From contig NW_008806287.1 of NCBI RefSeq assembly GCF_000400465.1, positions 30,001 through 62,000 of the forward strand: a stretch of 32,000 nucleotides of DNA. Direction: 5' to 3'. Below are positions 21,579 to 32,000 of the stretch, piece after piece. Each line of letters begins with the position of its first letter. Position 1 is the first letter of the stretch. The notes under the pieces were generated by a model that was given only the letters and a program-made list of their open reading frames with translations, was not told the origin of the DNA and searched no databases. The translations under genes were made by a program, and so were the position numbers. Origin of the DNA: Wallemia ichthyophaga EXF-994. Taxonomy: Eukaryota; Fungi; Basidiomycota.

Positions 21579-22067
21579 ATGAGGAATATAATGATTGCGT
21601 GGACTCTGGATGTTAGTGGTGTGCTAGTGTACTCATAACACCACACTCACACCGCGCTTTCCCAGCCAGCCGCTGAAATTGCATTTGATTATTACAGATC
21701 AACTATAGCCATGCCAGAAGACGTGTGAGTGTGCGTCTGCCTGTAAAATTCCCCGCTAACCACCAACAGCGTACACCTCGTCAATGTCAAACAAACCTCC
21801 GATCTAAATTTGCAGTTGCACAACAAAGCCCAGAAACTGCAACTGGACTTGGAGGGCGTCAGCACACATGTTAGCGAGCTATCAGGAGACGTAGCATCCG
21901 CCCTCATCGACCACGCTAACTCCACCCACCCCGATCTTGTTCTCGTCGGAAGACGCAACCTCGGCCATTGGGAACGCCTCACTTCCGAGCAGGGCTTCTC
22001 CCTTAGCTCTCACCTCTCCACTCACATCCTATCTCCAGTCATCGTAGTCAAGTTTGCTAGGAATTAG
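21579..22067 (+). CDS. Universal stress protein (UspA-domain)
   Basis: Introns 21612-21665 and 21725-21769 join MRNIMIAW..., VHLVNV, G...ALIDHA....DLVLVGRRNLG and S..L.....SPVIVVK, the typical USP layout. Confidence 0.8.
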
Positions 22068-22297
22068 TTGCAAATTTTCACCTGTGTCTCAGGTATTCTA
22101 AGTGTATCATAAAATAACATAAAGCATTCGATAAAACCAGGTATCGCTGCGTGTACTACATTAGATGATTGAAAATATTCGTTACTACGTCTTGTCGTGG
22201 GTAATTGAAGGTAAATGAGAGTATCTTTGAGTAAAATTTGAAAATTTAATGAGGGTTTATTGTGCTTTGAGTTTGCTGCTAACACGAAAAGCCTTTC

Positions 22298-22518
22298 CTA
22301 AGCCCCTCGCCCTCCTCTTCCACATTTCCCACATGTTATGACACACAAGATGGCGTTGAAGATGCTCATAATGACGCGCCCGATAGCTGAAATGACTGCC
22401 ATGACTGCATGAGCCACAGATCCAATCGCAGTGTTTATGCTGTTACTCGGTTAGCCTCAACCAAACCACAATATATCCAAACGTACCAACCAAAAATCGA
22501 CGAAATGACACCACCCAT
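22298..22518 (-). CDS. 57-aa hydrophobic microprotein (not in the ORF track)
   Basis: ATG 22518, intron 22440-22486 (GTACGT...GCTAAC...CAG), TAG 22298-22300. Product MGGVISSIFGCINTAIGSVAHAVMAVISAIGRVIMSIFNAILCVITCGKCGRGGRGA. Confidence 0.8.
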
Positions 22519-22748
22519 AACTACTGATTTGCTTTGCTAAAGGTGCTAGTTGATGGTCTTGGAAAACCAGCTCGCACGCACCCTTAAAGGGCCATCTGCT
22601 CCACATTTACTCCGCAGCATTCCCTGGAATGCGTCATACATTCAATTCTTCTGACAGCAATTATAGTCGCTGCATCTTACAGTTTGGAGTTTTAATCGCG
22701 TCTGTCTCACTATCTCTACCGCGCTCCATTCGCCCTTGTCGCGCATCA

Positions 22749-22756
22749 TTACGTCA
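22749..22756. promoter_or_regulatory. CRE-like bZIP site TTACGTCA upstream of the microprotein gene
   Basis: Motif match about 230 nt upstream of ATG 22518; no other support. Confidence 0.25.
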
Positions 22757-24319
22757 TACATGGGTTCCTTGACGGAATAATAGCGCTGATGCATACTCAC
22801 ACTCTCAAACTGTCACATCTGATATTGCTTTGACGGGTTGAGTCAATCGATCGGATTTAATTTGCCTGCTCATACTGCATATGTCCAATTAACAGTCAAG
22901 GTGAATTCCGGGATACCATATACTGACAATTTGAACAATGGAGCAACACTATCGATCTTTTAGCCTCGTCAGCATTTCAAATACATCCCTATCTAAACCC
23001 TCCCCTCAATACCCACAGAGTTGAATATTTCGACTACCACCTATCTTATCTCAAATGGCTAATTTACGAGTTTTGACAATCTCCAAATAGAAATGCTTTT
23101 TTATAGCCCTAATGAGCTTGATGAGGTGTCGCCAGATTTATACCCCTATGCCTTCAATTGCGCCCTGTAGACTGTTCGGAAGTTGCAATTGGACATCGCT
23201 CTAGAGCACGCCAAAATATAGATACGGAGGATATTGCGCGCTTCAACGATATGATCAGCATATATCTAGCTGCTGGAGACAACAAGCGCCCAGAAAAACC
23301 AAGTACCCACCCTTTCAGACGTGATTTACGTTTTCCGACACATGGTGTCCACAGGACTCAATGATGGCTAGAGTGAGAAAGGATTATCATTACGAATAAT
23401 TGCATGCCTATCGTCAAAGAAAAGTGGGGTCAGCCCAACTCTGAAGTCGGGGGTTTGGCTTCAGCTCGTGCATGTCGAAATTTCAAATAATGGGAGTGTG
23501 AAGGCGATTAAGGCTGCGTTAGAATCACAGAAGGCCGGCTAATAGGATTGTGTATTTCTGTATTGCAAATTGCGCTCCTTTACACATGCTAAAACTAACT
23601 TAAGCTTAGTCGGCTACACTATTCCAGTCAAGATATGAACATCTTTAGACTTTTCAAGAATCTAGTCGCTACAGAATACAGCACTCGTCATTGAGCATTA
23701 CCTTTACGATCTGGAGATTACGAGCTTTACTATGGTTGTTTGGTTGAATTATAGGATATTTCAGCTGTAATAGTGCTCTTTAATTATAAAGGCGGCTTTT
23801 TAATGTACGACTGTTGGATTTCGTGAGTGATTGACCGCGTCTGAGCTTTTGCTGCACTGTGTCGGTCAACTGTAATGCTGCATAGCGAGATAAGCGAAGA
23901 TTCATGTGAAATGCTGACACTGGATGTATTTATGCAGATGTTATAACCTACTTCCTCACACTTTGACTCGTCTTGACCAGCCTAAAGCCGGCGGAGTCTT
24001 TCAAATTACTCACCTTGATACAGATAGCTCGTTGAACAGACGCGCATAGAAAGTTTAACCATCCAGCCTCATTGTTGATACTAAATGCTAGGATAGGCTC
24101 TTGTCAAACTCTCACATACCTCGAATCACAACGCATTCACTGTGATAACCCGACTCTGGTGACATCATTGATGCACAACCAGAGGATTCAGATCGATGAC
24201 CAATAGTGCTACAGGTGAAATGCCGAAAGCTATTCTAAGCAACTCCGAGTCGTGGCTCATCATGTTGCACCGCAGGTTGAAGAGTTGTAACCCAAATTGT
24301 AATGCATAAACATAAGCTA

Positions 24320-26832
24320 TCAATGGATGTCGTTTATACGTACGAACGGAGCGTTCGTATAGAGACATTTCTTGGCAGAGTACGACAGAGCTGATGTTAG
24401 GATATCGAGCTCATTTCCATTTTCGTCGGCATTGGCGAATGTCAAGTCTTTGTACACCTGCTCAGAGCTGACGCTGCGCTTGACGTGGACGTCTGACAGG
24501 ATGCTGAGCGTCACTGCACATCTGGCTATGAGTGCGTTAGAAATGACTCCCACATGGCACTACACTCACGCCAGCTAATGCCTATATCCGAGACACCTTT
24601 GCGTACATCGTCGAATAGAATGGGTTGACCGCTTGCTGGACAATTCTCACCGAGGTTGGTCGAGTGAGTGAGTGAGAGTGGATCACTCATGTCCTGGGTG
24701 GAGTTGGCCATCACTTGGTCCCCCATACCCGGATAGCAATCTTGAATCTTGGTAGCTATCTCTATGAGCTGAGGTGGTGAGCTCTGTATATACTTGGCTG
24801 CGTGTGTTAGACGCGCAATTATCTGAGTGCAATTCTCAGGTAATAGTTGCATTTCTGCAAGTCCGAGCACCCTCTGACAAGTCATGAAAAGTATCCCAAT
24901 CAATAGGATAGCCTCGAGCTCGACACGCCTAAATCTACGATCCTGATTGACCATCATGTTAAGGTGGGTTGAGAGCAGGTACACCTTGCGTATTATATCA
25001 AATGCTGGTATGGTCCAGAAGTCACAGCTCAGCATCTGCTCTATCCTACTCTCGAGCGATATAGGTGCTGTGTTGATTTGTTGAAATGCGCCAGGGTTGT
25101 AGTGCGTGAGTATGACATTAGAGTAGGTTTCGACGAATTTGTGAAAGTATTGATCTAGTAGTGTTAACAATTCAACATTATTCACTTGCTGTTGACACCT
25201 CTCAATCACACCGCTTAAATCCCTAGTCGACGACTTCCATATATCGGTGAGCTGCATCACGTTTGCACTGATCTCGTCAATCAGTGATCCCCTCACTTCC
25301 TCATCAGGTAGAACATTATCGCTTATTGAGAGAATGCATGTCAGCTTGGCTTCCTCCACATACTCTGTATCTTCAGGTGAACGGTGAAAGAACAACCACG
25401 CGTATCCATTCGAATTGGGAAGTTTACGCGCTGAGTAGACGAGTGGTGCTTGCATCTTACCCACTCGCGACCCGTACACACTCTCAGCGATATCTTCGTA
25501 CAGCTTTCTCTGTTTCCGAGTTGCAGAAATCGACAACGCAGTAATAACGGAGCTTGTATATACGTCGATTATTTTTATTTCTCCATCTGCGAACCACAGC
25601 ACTAAGAAGTTTGATGACAGTTTATCCAATCCAACAACCATGCTCAGATTCGAGATATCTAACTCAACGGCCTCCTTAAGCGCCTGTTTAATAAATAGCG
25701 ATCCAGGTGTTGTCCATATTAAAGCACCGTCCATGTATTTGAAGGTTGTGAGAGATTGACCATTCGAAGGCTGTAGTATGGCTGGTTCGCTGTGTACTGA
25801 GGTTGTGTTTGTACTGTCTGAGTGTTTAAGTGCTGTCACGTAGATGTCGTAGTCAGTGTTAGCAAAGTAGATATCCAGAATGACTACCATGTAGGGTTAG
25901 TCGGGCATATCACACCAAGTTAGACAATACACACATCCATCATCGCAGCTGCGCCATTCGGAAGTGGTGATGAGGGATATCCAACATGCTGACGGTGTTT
26001 CCAACATGGATACCAATTCCATTTGGCCATGTTGAACGTGTCTAAGCTGATTAATAAGAACACCGCTGAACATACACCCACTCACCTCCACAAAAACAAA
26101 TCACCAGATTTAGTTCCAGTAATCAACACTGAGATGTCCCTAGGTGTTATTGGAAGGCTGTACGTAGGAGGATTGCTCGACCAAGCCATGCAGAGTATCT
26201 GAGATTTGAGAGCAACGCCAAAGAGGGCCAATTGATTAGATTTATCATTGTCGTTGAGTTGGTTCAAGTTAAACTCTCTCAGCCTGGCTGAAACATCAAA
26301 CGTCGGTAGCCATTTACCAACAAAGAAATTTACTTTCGGTGCAACGATAAACAAATCGCAGTTTGAAGACAGTGTGGCTAGTAAGCAGCCACCGTAAGAC
26401 GTTAAATTTGCAGGAGACCACGCCGTTGATTTCCATCCATTCCACAACGCCGAATCAGAAACTGGCTCAACGATACACGGATCTGCGCGAGTGCATCAGA
26501 GAGAGCTACGAACATAGTGCACACACACGTGGATAGTTTTCAATGTACATATGCGCAGGTGGGAATTCAGATAGAGGAATTTGGGTATCGAATACGTTGT
26601 ACTCTCCGAGTGAGGGCTTTGAGCGTATAGCAGCGTCCTCTGAGATGGACTTGGATTGTTTCTTCCATAGCGCTTTGGCCTGGTCTTTGTTGTGTAGCAG
26701 CGCAGTGTTTGGTGTGAGCACATCTACGCGTCGACGCAGAGACAGGGATAGCTGCCCGTTGTCGGAGATTTCAGTGAGAACACAATTACTTGGTCCAAGC
26801 GGCAGTCCACTTAGACGAATATAACTAGCCAT
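24320..26832 (-). CDS. Transcription factor IIIC subunit (GTF3C4/Sfc9-like; TFIIIC-delta N-terminal beta-propeller plus degenerate C-terminal zinc finger)
   Basis: ATG 26832; four GT-AG introns (last 24526-24569). Motifs WKSTAWSPANL...GCLLATLSSN and LCMAWS; C-terminal ENCP....ILF...W.RC.VT.....V, and terminal C-L-Y-x-N-x-P-F. Confidence 0.78.
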
Positions 26833-26887
26833 GGTGGTGGTAATACATGGAATCTGTAAAGCAAAACGGGTATCATTTAAATCCAAT

Positions 26888-27943
26888 TCATAAAATGCCG
26901 TGGGCGCCTCGAGCCCTTGGACCACCCCGATGACGGCGTCTTGAGCCGGGCTTGGCTTTTACATTGTTACGCTTCGAGTGGGCGCTTGAAATGGCATCGT
27001 CTGCGAGTGATGGACCTGGAATAACCATAGAAGATACTTGAGAGCTGTATATACTTCCATACAGAGTGCCGTCGTCGCCTTTAGGTGTGTGTCAGTGGAA
27101 AGTTTTCACCAACAACTCAAACAAACCCGGGTTGCTGTAGACATTGCCTGGAATGGTGACTGATTGGCCACTCAAAGAGCCTGTACCCCCATTGATATAT
27201 ACTTGGATACAGTGTGGGTAGAATTGAGGAGAACCTTGCGAGTGCAACGCGATGATTTCACTGAGGGAGGTTACTGTGTATAACGCCTCACCAACACGCC
27301 ACCCACTGTCTTATCAAGTAGGAGCCTTGCTGGATGCTCTCTGCCGGTGGAAGGTTGAAGCTCCAGCTGATATCCTGTGCAATGAGCCTGTCTGAAGCCC
27401 ATTGGCCCGCGCTGTCGTCGTAACCAGCTTCATCAATCTTGAACCAGCCTTCTGTGATAGATTGCTGGACGTTGTCACAGTCATTGTGACCATTACCGCA
27501 GTATTTGGCATAGGTGAGCACAGGACCTTTGAGGAGTGTAAACGTGTGAGACAGAAACACAAACAACGCCACCAAAAGCCCACCTTTATGATCATTTGGC
27601 CATCTGTTCCACTTGACAATCATTTCAGATCCTGGCGCGGCGTCTGCAGTCATTTCAGCTGGAGTGTTTGTACCGACTTTGTTACAAGTGAGGTTTGGAT
27701 CGTCTTTAGAGTAAAGAGGGCCATCATCTGTCATTGGTCTGTTCACTTTATTAGCGTGTGGCTGCCATGGATCTACTTGTGGGTCGTAAGCAGGGTATCC
27801 TCGACCTGATGTGTTTGTTAGAAGGGAGTGGAACATTATCACAAATGAGAGAACGCGCCATTGATGGTGAATGATTGTGGTACACCGTGAGTCTTAACTA
27901 GAGTGATAATAGCTGGTATGGCTACGAATGATGAAAATTTCAT
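26888..27943 (-). CDS. AA9 (GH61) lytic polysaccharide monooxygenase
   Basis: Signal peptide followed by His1 (HGVPQSFTINGRGYPAYDP); second brace His in WPNDHKGP; WFKIDEAG; YLIRHEIIALH; PQFYPHC (axial Tyr); IPGP. Four introns, the first GC-AG (27806-27858). Confidence 0.93.
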
Positions 27944-28203
27944 TGTGCTTGTGTTTAGAATATTGAAAGATTGTATCCGCTGTGCTAGTTTAGTTTATGA
28001 TAGGATATCGGTAATAGCTTTTCTCTATTGACTGCGCAGTCAGGGAGATTTAGATACGTCGATGACGATGACAATGTCAATAACGTCAATGAGAATTAAA
28101 GATATGCATAAGCATGCTTACATTCCATGCCCGGTACTAAGAATACTAAGACATGAGACAAATTATAAATAGTGAGGAATGTTTAATTTGGTATTGGAAA
28201 GGT

Positions 28204-28836
28204 CTAAGAAGGCTTTTCACCGGCGTTGAGCTTCGCTTGTATGAGTTGTACGACAACGTTAGCGTTCTAGAGGTATGTGAGGTGTTTATTTGAGCTTTAA
28301 CGACCAACTCACATCTTGTTTTGTCTCCAAAGTCTTTTGTAGTTGACTCAAGTTTGAGGTTACGTAATCAACTTTGTTTTTGTAGTATTGAGTTGCTTGA
28401 TTGGTGGACTATGATTCGTTAAGATATGAGTTCATACAAGTAAACCCAACAAACCATCTTAACGTAATAGCCAGTACCAATATCAATAATAACATCCTCA
28501 ACATTTGAGAGCTTCCCAGGTAAATACAAAGAGCTTGTCAAAGGGAGAAGACATTTAGTGTCTGGAGAGGTGTGAAGGTAGTACCAAGGCATGAACTTAT
28601 TCACCTACCCTTATTACCCCCATTTACTTGCTTAAGTGAATCTATCGACTGATTAAATTGAATTGAAACCCTTTTAAGTTGAGAATAAGATTGAGTCAAA
28701 TGTGTTAGCTCCTGTTGCTTGGGCGTTAGAAGCCTGAATTGAAGCAATCACAATAAATCAAACGCACTCCATCTAATTGCTTCTTAACGCTAATCAATTG
28801 TTGTATATTTAAACTGTTTATATCAACTTTTGACAT
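28204..28836 (-). CDS. GIM5: Prefoldin subunit 5 (alpha type)
   Basis: Four introns join [60 protein letters not shown] and A..YY..KVD...NL..LQ.TL..KQ. Confidence 0.92.
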
Positions 28837-28857
28837 TTTACACTCTACCACTCAACG

Positions 28858-30226
28858 ATGGAGGAATACAAAGAAATTCTAAAGGATTTGACTATTAATT
28901 TGTTATCCACAGATTTGAATAGAGCTAAGGGTAGATGGGATCGTACTGCAATCGATGCAAACGATTTGGCTAGCTATCCCATTCCATCAACTTACTCAAA
29001 TACTCCACTTATAAAAGGCTATGAAGCAACAAAGCAGTCAACCTATAACACACGTAATCTATCCTCTACCAGCTTATCTCACTTACACTCGTTAAATCAA
29101 ACTAAACGCTCAGTCTTATCCGAAGAAATTGAAAGAATAGATAAAGAAATAAATAATCTTAATAAAGTCAAATTTGAGCTTCAATCTCAATTATTAAGAT
29201 CCCGTGAATTCGATTTGGAACTGACTGATAAACTGTCTCAGAATCCTTTTACATCCTCAGACAACTCAACCTTCTTACCCGATGAGCACGATGATTTACC
29301 CATCAATATGCCATTCATGTCCATTCAAGCTGATCCTTGTTCCTTGAATGACCTCTCAATTGATAAACCATACGGTCATCTCATTACTGCATCAAACAAT
29401 CCTTCTCCGCGCATTTGGAATCTTTCTACAGGGGACGAAGTCGCTCAGCTAACAGGTCACACCGACGATATCACTTCATTACAGTTCAACAACAACTCAA
29501 TCGTCACAGCAAGTAGGGATTGCTCAATAAAACTATGGAATAAATCAGATTTCTCCGAAACTCTCACTTACTTTGGTCACACTAAACCTATAGACATGAT
29601 ACAAGCTTCTCAGCATAACATTGTAAGTGGTGCTTCAGATCAGACAGTTAGATTATGGGATTTAAATTCGGGTCAATGTAATCTAACAATGGATCTCCTA
29701 TCCTATTTAGATAGACCACATTCTCAATTACAATCTCAATCTCCTTACATTGGCGGATTACAATTCTATTACAATGCTTTAGTTACTGGTTCAGCTGATT
29801 CTATCATAAGACTTTGGGATATGAGAACGGGTGTACCTCATCGCAATTTAGTCGGTCACAGTGATGCTATTACGTGTCTTTCGTTTGATCAATATCACGT
29901 CATTTCAGGAAGTAGTGATGGTACTATGAATGTGAGTTGGTTTTGTTAATTGAAATACCAAACACTCACCGCCTATAAAGATCTGGGATATACGCACAGG
30001 AAAAGTATTAGATAGTCTACAATTTGAATCACCTTTGACAGATTTACAATTTGATAATAGAAAGGTAATGATTTCAGGTGTTGGGGATGGTTTAGCTTTA
30101 TATAACCGAGTTTCAAAACAAATTCAAGATCTTTCGAGTGATGATACAGTTACATCGCTTCAATATATAGATACCTATATGGTTACAGGATCATCTAATG
30201 GACAAGTAAAATGCTGGGCAATTTAG
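28858..30226 (+). CDS. MDV1: Mitochondrial fission adaptor Mdv1/Caf4-like (coiled coil plus WD40), about 439 aa
   Basis: Coiled coil EEIERIDKEINNLNKVKFELQSQL; WD repeats; LVTGSADSIIRLWDMRTG..HRNLVGHSDAITCLSFD; LQFDNRKV; intron 29932-29980. Confidence 0.82.
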
Positions 30227-30347
30227 ACTTGTTCCAAGACAAAGACACAGACATTTCAAACGACAAAGACACGTACAATCAACACAGCATTAATAAAATG
30301 ATATTTATCGATATAAATGATATTTTATACCTATTTACTACACAGCG

Positions 30348-30943
30348 ATGAACTTTCTGGTCCAAGCATCAACACGCAGAGCATTACCTGTATTTTCAAG
30401 AAGCTTACATAGAACACCAGTGAGTATGTTTAGCGATGGATTCAGGGATGCTCCAAGGTTACAATACAAGGATATAAAGCCATTAACCAAAGCTCCAACT
30501 GAGGTGAGTTGAGGGGAATATTGTGAGTATATGGCTAACATTGGAGTGTCTTAGGACAGGGTTTTGATTGGTAAGTGCATTTAAACCCACCAAACAACCC
30601 CACCCACCAACTTCATTCAGATGTTCGTGAACCAAATGAAGTAATCCAGGGTAGTATTCCATCAAGCGTGAATCTGCCACTGTCAAACTTTGAGCACGCT
30701 TTAGACCTCGATGATGCAGAATTCAAGCATAACTATGGCTTCAACAAGCCATCAGATGGGATTGATGATAAGCGTAACTTCATCTTCTATTGCCGCAGTG
30801 GAAAGCGTTCAGCTACGGCATGTGATTTGGCATTCAGAAGGGGAATAAAGAATATCAACAACTACCAAGGCAGTTATATTGATTGGTTGGCTAATGAGCA
30901 AGCCAAAGACAAAGCGGGTAAAGAGGAAGAGGAAGATGATTAA
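30348..30943 (+). CDS. Single-domain rhodanese (thiosulfate sulfurtransferase) with a mitochondrial-type presequence, Rdl2-like
   Basis: Arg/Ser-rich N-terminus; introns 30504-30554 and 30571-30620 create LIDVREPNE; GSIPSSVNLPL; active loop FYCRSGKRS; NYQGSYIDW. Confidence 0.9.
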
Positions 30944-31015
30944 CATAAAGGTATTTTTGTAGACGTTGCAGCAATAATTGAATATTCAATTTGAATAAAT
31001 GATTTGAACAAAATT

Positions 31016-31683
31016 TTAAGCCTTCTTACCGGCACGGAGCTTACGAATGTAGAATTCGAGTTCCTTGCCTTCGAGGATAGAGCCGTCACAGCGACCAGAT
31101 TGACCAGGTCTAGAAGTGATGAGAGCGTAAAGACGACCAGCAGCGAATTGAGATTCGAGGAGAGGGTCGACCTTACCGGACTTCTTACGTTCATCTTGCT
31201 TAGCGGAGACGGAGTTTGATCTCTTTACGTTCTCGACTTGCTGGTCAGCTTCCTTGCGACCCTTCTTGGTGACTGGCTGGCCGTAGTGAGATTCATACCA
31301 TTGTCTGAATGGGTGAGCATCAATTTGAATGATAGCGCCCTTAACCAAAGTGTTAGTTCTGACCAATTCGTTGTTTGATGCGTTGTAGACAACACCAATC
31401 AATCTAGTCTTTCTGGTGCAGTGCTCAGAGCCCCAAGCAAAGTTACCAGAGTCTAATCTAAGAGCTCTGTGCTTGAGGTTACCACCACGAACTCTTACTG
31501 CTCTAACTCTCTTTTGGCCAAGACGAGTGTTGGCTGCTTGACGACCGAGCTCGTGGACACGCTTCTTACGGAATTGAGCGCGCTTGGCACCTGTAGCTGA
31601 ACGTTTGTGGAGCGTATCGCGAGTGATACTGAGAAAAGAGAAGTGAGAATGAGTTGAATAAAGAAATTGATTACTAACCCCAT
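31016..31683 (-). CDS. RPS8: 40S ribosomal protein S8
   Basis: ATG-GG exon, intron 31629-31678, then [17 protein letters not shown]...[19 protein letters not shown] and [21 protein letters not shown]. Confidence 0.98.
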
Positions 31684-32000
31684 GGTCTATTCAACGCGTT
31701 AACTTGATTTATTCTCATTCTTAAGAAATTCACTCACTCTATGCTACGTCGTCGTAAGGAGAGAAATTTGATCGATGAAAATCGACTTTGATAACGAAAA
31801 AATTAAAAATATTTTAAAATTGAAATGAGTGGTTATCTAGTAATAGGAATTGGAATATTATCATTAATTACTGCATTTCTTGCTTTTTATTTGACTAAAT
31901 CTGGTCCAAATCAGATGTGAGTGGTCGGATTCTTAGTGGGATTATTGGTGGCTTATTATGCACTTCAGAATTATACGAACATCCTTATTACTTACAATAG

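Noticed and set aside
5700-30300. Visible GC mosaic (GC-richer about 5.7-7.5 kb and 13.5-19.4 kb, AT-richer about 28-30.3 kb) as a sign of horizontal transfer
   Set aside because: Genes in both compartments are ordinary fungal housekeeping genes with the same intron style; I could not quantify the shift and it does not track gene origin.
1-32000. tRNA, rRNA, snoRNA, TPP riboswitch, transposon ends or selenocysteine read-through
   Set aside because: I saw no cloverleaf/T-loop consensus, rRNA-like tract, riboswitch core, terminal inverted repeats, transposase/RT motifs or in-frame TGA in a conserved domain by eye; a covariance-model scan would be needed to exclude small RNAs fully.

Overview
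Eukaryotic (fungal) DNA from an extremely gene-dense, intron-rich genome. I resolved about 42 spliceosomal introns by hand, nearly all 44-57 nt, with CTAAC/CTGAC/CTCAC-type branch points. The gene content, short introns and tiny intergenic gaps suggest a compact basidiomycete such as Wallemia; this is inference, not a database result. About 23 protein-coding genes are supported, in order: a partial YPP1/TTC7-like gene; two tandem Zn-dependent alcohol dehydrogenases (the second scrambled by tandem paralog-arm duplications, most likely an assembly artefact); an ABHD13/Bem46-type hydrolase; URA5; a secreted lysozyme/GH19-like protein; THR4; two tandem beta-tubulins; an EamA/DMT transporter; a GH16 glucanase; a WBP11-like protein; an MFS (DHA1) transporter; DCN1; SEC13; a universal stress protein; a 57-aa putatively lipidated microprotein missed by the ORF track; a TFIIIC subunit (GTF3C4/Sfc9-like); an AA9 LPMO; prefoldin 5; MDV1/CAF4; a mitochondrial rhodanese; and RPS8. 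I found no CRISPR array, rRNA, tRNA or transposase. The most notable observations are: both beta-tubulins start MGREI instead of MREI and one carries Leu at the benzimidazole-resistance site 198; two head-to-head genes have start codons only 21 nt apart, and some tandem gaps are only 30-55 nt; both introns of the MFS gene are GC-AG; the TFIIIC zinc finger has lost most of its ligands; and a 10-bp-period repeat fills a bidirectional promoter. No single clearly new multi-gene system can be established from the sequence alone.
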